From Diplonema japonicum (taxonomy: Eukaryota > Protista > Euglenozoa: Diplonemea): a stretch of DNA of 64,000 bases. This document shows positions 1-11,536 of the stretch, one piece after another (position 1 is the first letter of the stretch; every line of letters starts with the position of its first letter). The notes below the pieces were generated by a model that saw only the letters and a list, made by a program, of their open reading frames with translations, made no database searches and was not told where the DNA came from. The position numbers and the translations under genes were made by a program. The stretch covers positions 310,001 through 374,000 of the forward strand of contig OZ025731.1 of assembly GCA_964019335.1 (NCBI GenBank), written 5' to 3'.

Positions 1-165
1 AAAAAAAAAAAAGGAGAAAAACAAACTCTCAAGTGTTTTTTTTTTTTTTTTTTTTTTTTTTCCCGCAGTGTTTTTTTTTTTATCCCCTTCCCCTCCCTTT
101 CCTGCCTGCTTTAATTATTTTTTTTTTTTATAGATACACACAAATAAATAAATAAAAAAAAAAAG

Positions 166-765
166 ATGCCATCTGTCACCCTTCAGGTCATCCTTCCTGA
201 CGGAGCCAGCACTACTATAGACGCAGTTGCTACCGACACCGTTAAAAGTCTTCACAAACGAATCGCAGAGGCCACGGGCATCGATGAGAAAAAAAGTGCT
301 TTGGTGTTCGATGGCAAAGCTCTGAGGGATGGGTTGGTCCAGGAGTACCCTTTTGAGGACCAGAGCACCGTTGAACTCAAAAGTGAATGCTGGTTCGAGG
401 AAATGAAGGAGGAAGGCGTACTGGTCGACTTATCACACGTGTGGTACCGCCACATGCAGTATAAGTCAACTCGTGGGCTTGAACCCCTCCTTGCGGCCCT
501 TCAGGAAGCCTCGTTGTCAGACCACCGGACTGTTGGGTATTACTATCACATAGGTCGTGTCGAAGGCGGGTTGCTTTATGATGGTGTTGAAGTTTCGGAT
601 TCGGAATGGCCCGTCAAGGACCCTGTTCTTCTTGCCTGCGGTAGCATTACATGGGGTTCACCTGCCGATTGGAGGGGGTCTGGGACGCCATCTGATCAAA
701 CGTCTACCCAAGTGGGGAGGGGTTGGGATACATGGAGGACCTGCAGAAAGATTAGGCTCCAGTAA
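166..765 (+). CDS. Ubiquitin-like domain protein
   Basis: N-terminal ~75 aa resemble a Ubl fold (LQVILPDG..TIDAV.TDTV..L..RI...TGI....ALVFDGKAL); T-run+AG at ~121-133 upstream of the ATG. Confidence 0.7.
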   Translation: MPSVTLQVILPDGASTTIDAVATDTVKSLHKRIAEATGIDEKKSALVFDGKALRDGLVQEYPFEDQSTVELKSECWFEEMKEEGVLVDLSHVWYRHMQYKSTRGLEPLLAALQEASLSDHRTVGYYYHIGRVEGGLLYDGVEVSDSEWPVKDPVLLACGSITWGSPADWRGSGTPSDQTSTQVGRGWDTWRTCRKIRLQ

Positions 766-1364
766 AGGGCGGAGAGAAAAAGAGAGACGACACTTCTCCA
801 GTTGGTGTTAAATTGCTTCTTGCTTCTTGTTTCCTATCTCCCTTATTCTAAAGGTTTTTGTTTTTTTTGTTTTTTTTTTTTTGCGTCCGGGGGGGGGGGG
901 GGGGGGGCAGATCAACCTTTATCCTCCCTCTTTTTTTAAATGTGCTTGTTTCTTCTTTCTTTCTTTTTTTTTTTTTTTTTTTTTTGCTCAGATAATCAAA
1001 ACAAGATGTTTTTGAACTGCCAAAAAAGAAAAGTGCGGACATTAATCCGGACGTTCCAAAACAGGAACCTCCTTTATCTCATCTCTTTTTTTTTTTTTTT
1101 TTTGTATTGTGGTTGGGAAAAGCACTCTCCAAACCTGCTGGGACTATGAACCGTTGAAGGGTGCCTCTCACCTGAAGAGAACAGCACCTGGAGGAGTCGC
1201 GAGATATGTCCGAAGCTGTGAGACACCTCTGACCATTACCCGTTCCCCTTCTTTAGGGCGAGTTTTTTGTTTCCTTTTTCCCATCCCCCCCCCCTTTTTT
1301 TTCCAGATCCTCCTTTATCTCCTCCCAGATGGATTCTACTTTCTACACATAAGAAAAAAAAAAA

Positions 1365-2171
1365 ATGCCAATTATCGAATCAGCTGTGGTGACAGGCTGT
1401 GTTGGGAACGGGGTGCTGCTCACCATATCCGATTGGTGTGCACAGACAATTGAGACAGGTGCTAAAGACGACCCGGAACGGGGCAAAACACAGAATTATG
1501 ATTATGTTAGAACAGCAAGGTACGCGGGGATAGGGGTTTTTCTGACGGGCCCGCTCACCATGTGCAGGTACATGGTGCTGGGAAATATGTTTGGGTTTAA
1601 CGCAGGAGGCGCTGTGGCTGTGCAGAAAATGGTGTTCAATCAGCTGATTTTCGACCCCCCAGAAACGGCGGTTCACCTTGCAGGGCTCGAGTACCTAAGG
1701 TCAAAAGACGTCAACTCAGCGGTAGAAAAGCTCCGGGCGGACTATACAAAAGTACAGATCCCCTCATGGGGGCTGGCAGTGCCCGTGAACATCGCTACCT
1801 TCACGTTCTTTCCTGAGATTTGGCAGCAGTTGGTTTTCCAGAAATCGGTCGGGACGTGTTTCAACGTCTATTTTTCCTATGTTGCGAACCTCAAAGTGTC
1901 CACTGATGAAGATAGAGAGAGAAAGGTAGACGCTGCGGAACGGCATCGCGTCCTGATACCCAGGAAGCGGCGGCTCAAGCTTTCTACGACGCGTCCCGTG
2001 CACCCCCCCGACACCCTTCCCTTGCGGGATCAGAAAACCACACCACGAACGTTCCTTGGCGCCAGCCTCGAACCTGCTTCCACTAACTCCAAACTCACCC
2101 CTGCCCCCACGCAACAGCGGCCTCACCGTGTCTGCAGTTGGCGGGGCATCATGGCCGCCGTTTGGCGGTGA
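1365..2171 (+). CDS. Mpv17/PMP22 family membrane protein
   Basis: SDWCAQ, YDYVRTARY, KMVFNQLIFDP, W..AVPVNIATF, YFSY motifs typical of Mpv17/PMP22. Confidence 0.85.
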   Translation: MPIIESAVVTGCVGNGVLLTISDWCAQTIETGAKDDPERGKTQNYDYVRTARYAGIGVFLTGPLTMCRYMVLGNMFGFNAGGAVAVQKMVFNQLIFDPPETAVHLAGLEYLRSKDVNSAVEKLRADYTKVQIPSWGLAVPVNIATFTFFPEIWQQLVFQKSVGTCFNVYFSYVANLKVSTDEDRERKVDAAERHRVLIPRKRRLKLSTTRPVHPPDTLPLRDQKTTPRTFLGASLEPASTNSKLTPAPTQQRPHRVCSWRGIMAAVWR

Positions 2172-2177
2172 GAAACG

Positions 2178-2212
<35 letters not shown>

Positions 2213-2213
2213 A

Positions 2214-3718
2214 CATAGTATCCAGGGTTAACCGATCACCCGCGGGTTTTTAATTACAATCGGGTTTTAAATTGACGTCAAATGAAAGGCGAGCATGCAA
2301 CCATGCTTAAAACCCTTATATTCGTATCCCGGGCCCCCCAGATACACAAAGCCGACCCCAGGGAGCATCAAAACGACTTAGAAAAGGATTATTTTCCTGA
2401 AAAGCTGGGTTTTCCCTTTTTTTGGCGGTTTTTCTTCTTTTTTCTGTTTAAATAGGAGCGAAATCAAAAATCAATAATTAGAACGGGAGGAGAGCGTGCA
2501 ACCATACTTATAACCCTTGTATTCGTCTCCCAGACCTCCCAGATACACAAAGCCTGCATCGAAACGACTTAGAAAAGGATTATTTTCCCGAAATCGGGAT
2601 TTTCCCTGTTTTTGGCGGGTTTTTAACTAGGCGCGAAAGTCAATTATGAAAAACAATGAAACTTGAACGGGAAGTGTAGCAATGCACAAAGTAAGGGCGC
2701 CTAGAATGGGACTCCATGGGACGCACGGAAGCGCACCCGTTGAGGCAGGATGTTCACCCACAGAGAACTGAATGCACGCACACAGCGATGAACGCTCAAT
2801 TTCTTACCTCCCTGCTTGCAACCCGGCGTGCCTGAGAACGTGCGAAGACAGAGCACCGCTGATGTCCTGGTTCAGGTACAAGAACAACAGCTGCCTTCGT
2901 ACGTCTGGTGTGAGGCGGACGCGACGCATCTCTCCGAACTTGGCGTCGATCGAGGAGAACACCGCGTCCACGGCTGTTACCACAGGCTGCGCGTACAGCA
3001 GCGACAAGGCCCTGTCATGGAAAACAGGGAGAGCAGCTTTCTGAGCCAGCCACCACGCTTCGATATCGAATGAGGTACTCGTCTCAAGGCTGTGGTCCAT
3101 TTGGGCTATGGCCGAGTAGGACAGCCATTCCCCCTCTGACACGTCTGCAGAGGTAGGCTGTCGCGTACCGTTGCGAAGCCGCGCTAGAAAAACTAGTTGA
3201 TGGCAGCGTAATGAGCTATTTTTCAAAACTGCATTTAAAGCCTTAAATAAGGCTCTATTTTGGGTTTTGATAGCTGGAATGGGCTCAGCTCGTCAAAATA
3301 GGGTTTCTGAAAAAAAAAAAATTGAGCATGGTCTTGGTATTTTTTGCCAGAAACATGGGTTTTGGATCGATCAAACCGATCCGAAATTAGAAAAAAACCG
3401 ATCATAAATCTTGTTGTTTTTAACCTGGACCTCCCTGACCCAGTTTTTTCAAAACTGCATTTAAAGCCTTAAATAAGGCTCTATTTTGGGTTTTAATGGC
3501 TGGAATGGGCTCAGATCGTCAAAATAGGGTTTTTGGAAAAAAAGAAATTTGAGCATGGTCTTGGTAAAAAAAACCGATCAAACCGATCCAAAATTAAAAA
3601 AAAAACCGATCCGAAATTACAAAAAAACCCATCATTAACCCGACAGTGATCGAAAATCTAAAATTGCTCGGGTCGGGTTTTAAAACCCGAAGGTGATCGG
3701 TTAACCCTGGATACTATG
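2214..3718 (-). mobile_element. Non-autonomous hAT-family DNA transposon with 27-bp TIRs and 6-bp TSD
   Basis: catagtatccagggttaaccgatcacc (2214-2240) is the exact reverse complement of 3692-3718; aaagaa flanks both ends (2208-2213, 3719-3724); internal duplications (e.g. 3221-3345 vs 3446-3566). Confidence 0.9.
2804..3170 (-). pseudogene. hAT transposase C-terminal dimerisation domain remnant
   Basis: AWW.....LP.....ALSLL...P.....DAVFS.......RRVRLTPD..RQLLFLYLN matches the hATC pattern. Confidence 0.8.
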
Positions 3719-3985
3719 AAAGAAGAAGAAAAAAAAAGGGGGGGGATAAAGAACTATTTTACACGGGAGGGAAAAAAAAGTACACGTTTTTTTTTGGGGG
3801 GGGGAGGGTCATGAGGAAAAAAAAAGAGAGGGGGTTTGTATCTGATTTTTTGTTGTTTTTGGTGGGGGGGGGGGGGGGGGGGGAACCGTCTTTTCCACCC
3901 ACAAAAAATTGAGTTTTACCCTATCTCTGTGGTGTGTTTTTTAACCTTACAAGGTGAGGACCCACACGCTCATACGCGTGACGAC

Positions 3986-5314
3986 ATGAAAGAGATGATT
4001 GCCCTCCATGTTGGTCAGGCCGGCTGCCAGATTGGAAACGCCTGTTGGGAACTATTCTGCCTCGAGCATGGTGTGCAGCCTGACGGGAATCCTCTGAGCG
4101 AAGATTGCGGCCCGAGGCCCTTGTTCAGCGAGTCTTGGCATGGAAAGCAAGTTCCGCGTGCGATGTACATCGATCTGGAACCCAGTGTAGTTGACGAGGT
4201 GCGGAGGGGGGCCTACAGAGAATTGTTCCACCCGGATTGCATGTTCACGTGGAAGGAGGATGCTGCCAACAACTTTGCCCGTGGGTACCACGCGTTCAGA
4301 TATCTCAAATATGACTGCGAAGATAGGATACGGAAGCTCATGGAAAATTGCAACAACCTGCAGGGCTTCCTCATCTTCAGTTCTGTGAGCGGTGGTACTG
4401 GGTCTGGCTTCTTGTCCTTGATCGCGCAACGGTACAACAATTATGGTAGTAATCTCGCCTTTACCCTGTACCCCTCGCCACAGGTTTCGACAGAGATAGT
4501 GTCGCCTTATAACAGCGTTCTGGCAACAAATCATTTCTTAGATGGGCATGCTATGAGGAATGCAACAGTGATGCTGGACAACGAGGCCATCCACAACATC
4601 GCCAGGAGGAGGCTAGGTATAGAAAAGCCCACCTACGCCAATATAAACCGTTTGATTGCACAGGTGGTGAGCTCCGTCACAGCCTCATTGCGTTTCGACG
4701 GCGCTCTGAACGTGGACATCGAAGAGATGCTGGTCAACATAGTTCCCTATGGGAGGATACAGTTCGTGCTGCCTTCATTCGCCCCTCTTCGCAACGTAGA
4801 GAGAGCGTACCATGAAAGGCAAACTGTAACAGACATCACGCTGTCTGCCTTCGAGTACTCGTCTTTCTTGGTGGACGCCCACCCAGAATATGGCAGATTC
4901 ATGGCGTGCCTCCTAATGTACCGTGGTGACGTGGTACCGAAAGATGTGAACGAGGCGGTGCGGCAAATCAAATGTCACAGGAAGATCCATTTTGTTGACT
5001 GGTGTCCCACCGGGTTCAAGTGCGGGGTCAACTATCAGCCCCAAACCACGGTTCCTGAATGTGATCTTGCAGATATGGAGAGGTCTGTTTGTATGCTGGC
5101 CAACCACTCCGAAGTCGGTTCGATCTTTGAGAGGATAAACAAAAAGTACGACCTCCTCTTCACCCGTCGGGCCTTCACCCACTGGTTCATCGATGAAGGC
5201 ATGGAACCGGACGAGTTCTCAGAGGCCAGGGAAAACATGGCAGCACTCCAAAGAGACTACGAGGAAGTCAGCTGTAACGACGATTCCCTTTATGATTCGT
5301 CGTACGATTACTAG
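3986..5314 (+). CDS. Divergent alpha-tubulin-like protein
   Basis: [90 protein letters not shown]. Confidence 0.93.
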   Translation: MKEMIALHVGQAGCQIGNACWELFCLEHGVQPDGNPLSEDCGPRPLFSESWHGKQVPRAMYIDLEPSVVDEVRRGAYRELFHPDCMFTWKEDAANNFARGYHAFRYLKYDCEDRIRKLMENCNNLQGFLIFSSVSGGTGSGFLSLIAQRYNNYGSNLAFTLYPSPQVSTEIVSPYNSVLATNHFLDGHAMRNATVMLDNEAIHNIARRRLGIEKPTYANINRLIAQVVSSVTASLRFDGALNVDIEEMLVNIVPYGRIQFVLPSFAPLRNVERAYHERQTVTDITLSAFEYSSFLVDAHPEYGRFMACLLMYRGDVVPKDVNEAVRQIKCHRKIHFVDWCPTGFKCGVNYQPQTTVPECDLADMERSVCMLANHSEVGSIFERINKKYDLLFTRRAFTHWFIDEGMEPDEFSEARENMAALQRDYEEVSCNDDSLYDSSYDY

Positions 5315-5720
5315 CATTTCCACCACTGTTTACGGTAACCCACAACTTTTTTTCCACTGTCCATGGTAACCATAACCTTTCGCGGTTCGGGAAAGACACC
5401 AAGAATCTCTTCTGGAAGTTGGCAAGGGCGATTTCCCAGCCTTCAGGGTAGTCACCCATTTCTCTTAAAGGTTTTTTTCCTTTTCTTTTGCCATGACATC
5501 ATGCTCCCCTTGCTACATTTCATACTAAACCCAACGAGGCATAAAAATGTCGGAGGTTACCGTGGACGGTGGAAAAAAAGTTAGTAGTTGCATAGGGAAA
5601 TTGTTGGTGGTTACAGTAAAAAGTGGGGGGAAAGTTGTAGGTTACTGTGAACGATGGAAAAAAAGTTGGAGGTTGAAGGCGGCGGTGGAAAACAGTTATT
5701 TTGGTTACCGTGGACGTTGC
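5311..5720. repeat. MITE-like region with ~30-bp subterminal repeats in opposed orientation
   Basis: tttttttccactgtccatggtaacc (~5347-5371) vs ggttaccgtggacggtggaaaaaaa (5555-5579); further degenerate ggttac..gtggaaaa units to ~5716. Confidence 0.55.
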
Positions 5721-5862
5721 TTTTCCCTTTCCACGCGAAGTCCACCAGACCCGCAGCCATGCATCCCTCTGCACAGAAGGGAAGCAACATACGTTAGCGT
5801 AGAAAAGAGGTTGCTCAAAAAAATCAATGATTTTTAGAGGCAACTAAAGACATTCTTCTTCT

Positions 5863-5896
<34 letters not shown>

Positions 5897-5920
5897 TGCT
5901 AGAAAGCTTCCCCTTCCAGG

Positions 5921-6652
5921 ATGGACGACGCATGGTATCGGGGAAGGTGGTTCGTGGCAGGATGTGCTGCAGGGTGCGACATCCTTCTCAACTATCCGTT
6001 GTGGATAGCAGGTAAACGGTTAGGCGCTGGGATGGGACTGCCGTCCCTCGGCGAGATGTACAAGGGCGGTGGTGCACTGTGGTGCAGTGTGGGGCCGACC
6101 ACAATGGTGGAAGACACAGTAACAGAAGGACTAAAAGATGTAGGGGTTCAGGGCGCCATGGGAGCATGCATATCTGGTGCTGTTGCAGGGTGCATCGTGA
6201 CCAGCCAGGTTGAGAATTGCATCACAAAGGCGCATGTCGCAAAGAGGAAACTTATCCCGAATACCGTCGACTTGTATAAGAAACGAGGCGCAGGTGGGTT
6301 ACTGCTTCCCTATGGTATGGCCGCTACTGCTTCACGTGAAATTCCCTTCGCATGTTCTCTCTTCTTCCTCAGGAATAGAATTCGTGATTACTACAGCGCT
6401 GCCTTTCCTTCCGTCCATTCCTTCTTCCCGGAGGTCTTTTCCTCCTTCACCACAGCGTGTGTTTGTGGTCCCTTGTCCCACCCCTTTTCAGTCCTCGCTT
6501 CTCACCAGCAAGCCAACGACACATCTCTCACATCTTCTTTTGCCACCATCAAGTCCGAACGTGCTTTTTTCAGGGGCCTAGTTCCCCGCACGCTTAGCAT
6601 CACGGGGACCTTGTTCTTAATCCCTTTTGCGTTAGAGAATTTTTCGAGCTGA
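5921..6652 (+). CDS. Mitochondrial carrier (SLC25) family protein, divergent
   Basis: YPLWIAGKR, REIPF, HPFSVL, FFRGLVPR carrier-like motifs with hydrophobic helices. Confidence 0.75.
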   Translation: MDDAWYRGRWFVAGCAAGCDILLNYPLWIAGKRLGAGMGLPSLGEMYKGGGALWCSVGPTTMVEDTVTEGLKDVGVQGAMGACISGAVAGCIVTSQVENCITKAHVAKRKLIPNTVDLYKKRGAGGLLLPYGMAATASREIPFACSLFFLRNRIRDYYSAAFPSVHSFFPEVFSSFTTACVCGPLSHPFSVLASHQQANDTSLTSSFATIKSERAFFRGLVPRTLSITGTLFLIPFALENFSS

Positions 6653-6767
6653 TTATTTTCAAAAAAAAAAATTTTTTTTTTTGAGCGGATTCATATCTAA
6701 TTTTTAAAAAGAAAAGGAAAAAAAAAAGGGGGGAGGGAGGGAGGGGGGAATAGAAATCTAAAAAGAA

Positions 6768-7451
6768 ATGGCATCCTCCGAGCCCCCTAAATACACCCCG
6801 ATGGATTTCGCGAAGGTGTTGCCGCCGGTTAAGGTGCCGCCCCAAGGGGTTTTAACGAATGAGGTACAGGTGTGGCTGCGAGAGAAAATAGAGAGGGTGC
6901 CGCAGAGGGAGAGGGAAATGTGTAGTGAGATGATAGATACGGGGATGCAAGGGTGTTTCGATGTCTTGTTCAAGCTGCCGTTGAAAAGTCTCAATGTGGA
7001 GGAGCAGCACGAGCGAAGGGAATTCTTGAGAAAGATGATACGGTTCCCCATTGCGAAGGAAGACTGCAGTAAGGCAGAGAATCTTGTATCGGTTGAGGTC
7101 CGAGGCCACGTGCTGACCCTGGCTGCTAGTGACTCGTCGACGGTTCGTGACATACTCGAGCGGACACACCTCTTCTGCCCCTCCAACAGCGACGCTGGAC
7201 TCTACCATAACTCTTCCCGCCTCTCTGACTCGACGCCCTGCAGTTCTTTGGACGCTCCTCAGTACTCCTCTACCAGACCCCCTTCCTCATCCTATGCCCC
7301 TTACCCTTCAAGAACGGGTGGGAAGGGTGAATTTGACCCCCACAACGACGGGAAAGGTGGAAAAGGGAAAAAGGGAACGAACAAGGGCAAAAACAATTGG
7401 AAGGGCAAGGGAAAATCGAACAAAAAAGGCGACAGGGTCCACTTTCTTTGA
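6768..7451 (+). CDS. Hypothetical protein with possible Ubl domain and GK-rich tail
   Basis: 227-aa ORF with coding-like composition; TVRDIL..LYHNSSRLSDSTP resembles Ubl; GKGGKGKKG tail. Confidence 0.6.
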   Translation: MASSEPPKYTPMDFAKVLPPVKVPPQGVLTNEVQVWLREKIERVPQREREMCSEMIDTGMQGCFDVLFKLPLKSLNVEEQHERREFLRKMIRFPIAKEDCSKAENLVSVEVRGHVLTLAASDSSTVRDILERTHLFCPSNSDAGLYHNSSRLSDSTPCSSLDAPQYSSTRPPSSSYAPYPSRTGGKGEFDPHNDGKGGKGKKGTNKGKNNWKGKGKSNKKGDRVHFL

Positions 7452-7523
7452 AAGATTACCCCGTCTTTTTTTTTTTTTTCTCATTTTTTTTTTCTTTTTT
7501 TTTGCTTTTATGGTATACCACCA

Positions 7524-7593
7524 TCATTATGAGTCACAGAGTCGCAATCGGCCTATAATCGGCCTAGGCCGACAGCCGATTATAGGCCGATTG
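7524..7593. repeat. MITE fragment with palindrome
   Basis: 19-bp inverted repeat caatcggcctataatcggc (7545-7563 / 7575-7593); 16-mer tcattatgagtcacag shared with the MITE at 54132-54147. Confidence 0.6.
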
Positions 7594-7773
7594 GGGTTTG
7601 GGTGGGGTTTTTCGGTCTCAAATCTGGGTTTCGTTTTTTTTGCGATGAGTCAGACGGATTCAAGTGATGATTCCAAAGACGTGTTTGAGTTGCAGAATCT
7701 TTTCGCGTTTACGGTGGGTTCTTCTCTGAGTCTGTCCCACTACTTACAAAAAAAAGAAGGGGGGTAAAAAAAA

Positions 7774-10462
7774 ATGAGCAAGTTCGGCGGTCTGTTTGAC
7801 GATGATTCTGACGATGGGGCTCCGCCGCCGCCCGTGGCGGTCCCAAAGCCACCACAGGGCGGGAACTTGGAACCACCACAACCAGACACAGAGGAAGGGA
7901 CTACACCGTCAGAATCTCAACCACAGGCAGAAGAGAGTGTGGTAGAACAGCAAGCGATACCAGCGGCAGTGGCACAGCCGCCTGTTGTGCCCACCCTACC
8001 CATTGCGAGCACGCCAGCACAAACACCCCAGGTCGTACCTGACTCTGTGAGGTCAGTTGCTTCATCGATCGCGCCTTCAGTGGTGGCGGCCCAGGCACCT
8101 CTTGCGTTCAACCCTGCAGCCTCGATGCCTGTCCTCCCTTCGAACCCTGCCCCCGTTACACAAGCGGACCCTCTTGCAGCTTCTCTGCCTGTGATGCCAG
8201 CCGCCGTAGTTGATGCTGCCGCGCTTGACAATCTCGCGAAGCAAAATTCTGAGATTCAAACCCTGCAAAAGACAACCGCTGACACCCTGCAGACCACCAC
8301 GAGCGACATCGACGGGAAGCTCTCGGAGCTCATGAAGCAGATGGAGCACCTCACCGTCTTGAACACACCAGTGCCCACTGAGGATGTTGAAATCCCGGAC
8401 CTTAAGAGTTTCCCTTCGTTCAAAGTGTCGGATTCCATGCAGGAGATCAAGGAGGACTTCGAGGGGAGACAGAAGTATGTGCTTTCCCCCCCTTTTTTTT
8501 ACTACGAATTCCCGCAGGAGCTGGTGCGACGAGAGGAACAGGGTTCTGGAGGATGCGAACAAATTGGACAGCGAAGAGAAGGAGCGCGACAGTCAGGTCT
8601 TGCAGAAGCACAACAGCGAGCAGATTCAACAGCTTCGTCGGGAGAAAGACGATCTCCGGAAGGAGTTGGAAGCCGTACAGGTGCGTTGAAAAAAAAAAAA
8701 AAAAAAAAAAGAAACCTTTGGTCTTTTTTATTTTTTGGTGTTATACGTGTGTCCCGCGTACACAGGCTCGCCGTATTTGTCGACAGCGAGGCAAATGATA
8801 CCTGCTGCCTCCTGTTGGCGCATGTTCTTGATGATGCGACTGCACTTTGCGGATGCATCCTTGTTACGTCTGCTGCTGTCCGGTCGGCGTTGGAAATGTC
8901 TCGCTACTTCTGGACTAAGAGTCCTTTGTATCGGTTTCGGTTTGTCGTTTGTACTTCTACGTATGAAGTGTGGTCGCTCATGAGCATTCGTCTTGTTGTT
9001 TTTTTCTTCTTCTTCAGAACACAATAATAATGCTCTTCATACCTTCTTTTTCAATTAATAACAACAGACCCAACTTGCTGGAGCGGAGTCTGACCTGCAG
9101 CAAGCGGTGGCACGGGACGCCCAGGAGATCGCAGACTTCAAGAAGTCCTTCAACGTGATGATGCAGCAACAGGCCGACGAGATCGAGGAGCTGAAGAAGT
9201 CCCTCAAGGAGCAGACAGAACGGACGGAACAACTCCAAGTTTTCCTCAGCACCAAAAAACAACAAGCCGACGAGAGGCTAACGTATGTTTAAAAAAAAAA
9301 AAAGAAAAAAACAGGAAAATCCAAGAACAAGACTTGCTATGCCAATCCCTCCGTGTGGAGAAAGCGGATTTCGAGACACGGTTCATCATGACATCCAAAT
9401 CTCTGGACACATCAAAATTACAACTGGACGAAATGCGCGCGCAGTTGAAAACGGTAAATAACATTTAAAAAAAAAAAAAAAACCCCCATCCAAAAACAGA
9501 TGTGCGATGAAAAGGCAGCCCTCTCCCAGTCCCTTGACGACGCATCGCAAGCAAAGTACATCTACGTCAACGAGCTGCGCAAACGGCACGATGAGCACCT
9601 CGACATGATGGCGGCGAAGTACCAAGAGCGGGAGGCATACTATGTGTCGGAGTACGCGAGCAAAGAAAAGTCCATGCGCGAGGACTTGTTGAAATTTTCA
9701 TCAGCGTTGAAAAAGACATCCGAAGAGATGCTCGGCAGGTTCCGGTCGGAGTACGCCAAGGAGCTCAAGGAGCAGTCCGACAGTTTTTACACGCAAGCAA
9801 AGGCGATGAAGGCAAAGCACAAGGCAGCAATAATCGACGCCGACGTTGCGAGGGAACAGCTCAGACAGGACTCCAAAAAGAAAATCCAAGACCTCGAGGA
9901 ACGAATGGCGTCCAGAGAGGAAACTCTTCACAAGCAGCACGGCAAGGAACTCGACGAGGCAAGAAAACGTTTTGACAAAGCTCAGGAGACAAGTGATAAA
10001 CGCCTTTCCGACACTGTGCGTGATCTCCGCAACGAGATGTCTGCCAAGGCCACAGCAGCAAAGCAACAAGAGACCAAAGCCCTGCAAACAGCGCACCTCG
10101 AAGCAAAAACAAAGCTTGCAGAAATGGAAACTCAGCACCGTATCAAAACCACCCACATGGATAAGAAGAGCGCTGAGGACAAGGAACAGCTTATGGCGAT
10201 GTTCTCACGTGAGCTGGGCAAGATAGGCGAGGAGCACCGCAAGGCCGAACGTGAGCTGGAGCGTCTCCACAGAGACAGGGAGGGCGAACTCGAAAAACGC
10301 TTAAAACTCCTCAACACTACATCCGAGGCAACTACGGCTTCTGTCGCGCATGCTGCAGAGTCTGCACGTCTCAAGGATGATCTTGTCGGCAAGTGGGACA
10401 AGCACCGACAGGCACTGCGAGACCGTCACGAGTCGGTCAAACGTACCATTGAAGAGAATTAA
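7774..10462 (+). CDS. Pro-rich N-terminus + long coiled-coil protein, 5 exons
   Basis: GT-AG introns 8475-8517, 8681-9067, 9283-9314, 9454-9499 join the ORFs in frame. Confidence 0.75.
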
Positions 10463-10579
10463 AAAAAAAAAAAGTTTTTTGTTACCTCGTGTGTGTTTTT
10501 AAAACAAAAAAAAAAAGAGAAAGCGAATTTACTGGTTTGGAAGAAAAAAAAAAAAAAATCCGTGTGTTATTTTTTTGGA

Positions 10580-10620
10580 GGCGATCCTGTCACATACTGC
10601 AGGTTCCCTTCAAAGACATC
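10580..10620. repeat. 41-bp dispersed T-flanked element, copy 1
   Basis: ggcgatcctgtcacatactgcaggttcccttcaaagacatc; identical at 52904-52944, variant at 63352-63389. Confidence 0.9.
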
Positions 10621-10768
10621 TTTTTTTTTTTCTGTCCCCATATTCCCCCCCCCCCTCACACAAAGTCTTTCCATTTTTTTTTTGTTTTTTGTTTTGAAAT
10701 TTGGAGAAAAAAAAAGAAAAAGGAAAAAAAAAAAAAAATAAGAAATCCTCAAAGGAGAAAGAAACGAA

Positions 10769-11176
10769 ATGTCGTTCGACCCCAGAACAGAGGCGGAAGA
10801 AAGGGAGAATTTGCGTGACGTGACGTGGGAGGAGCTGGAGGAGCACTCTTCAGAGGCAAATGCGTGGCTGGCTGTGTATGGCAGGGTGTATGATGTTTCA
10901 AAGTTCATGGATGACCACCCAGGTGGTGCGGATCCACTGTGGCAGATGGTATTCTTCTTTTTTTCTTTTTTCTCGGGAGTTCTTTGTTTTTTTCTTTTCT
11001 TGACAGGCAGGGCAGGACGCCACGTCCGAGTGGGATGCTGTGGGCCACAAAGAAGGCGCAGCACGACTCATGGAAAAAATGATAGTTGGGAAGTTGGTCG
11101 GCAAGCGGCCACAGCGGAGAACGGCTACAAAACCAACATCCCAACCAACACCTGTGTATGAACATGGATGGGAGGG

Positions 11177-11208
<32 letters not shown>

Positions 11209-11307
11209 ACCCACAGGGTTCCAATGGAACAAGGGCAATCCTTCCCGCTTACCATGGCCGTGGTTGTCATGTTTTCGCTATTTTTGGCTTACTACTTGTT
11301 CTTCTGA
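10769..11307 (+). CDS. Cytochrome b5, tail-anchored, 3 exons
   Basis: WLAVYGRVYDVSKFMDDHPGG + AGQDAT..W..VGH + C-terminal TM after removing introns 10949-11006 and 11156-11216. Confidence 0.92.
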
Positions 11308-11536
11308 TGATTTTTTTTTTTTTTTTTTTTGTTTACGTACCCCCTTCCCCCCCCCCCTTTTTTTTCTTTCACTGTAGGCGCAAACAACCTACTGCAGTGG
11401 ATTCACTCCCGGATTGACTTTTTGGACACAGATTCCCGAAAAAAAAAAAAGAAAAGAAAAAAAAAAAAAGAAGAAGAAATCCGTTTTATCTTACCCCTCC
11501 CTTTTCCCCCTCAACTCATCCACAGGTGTAAATGAT

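Noticed and set aside
10580-10620. 41-bp element as a single-hairpin AGA-box snoRNA or SL RNA
   Set aside because: Too short, weak stem, no similarity to euglenozoan SL exons that I can recognise
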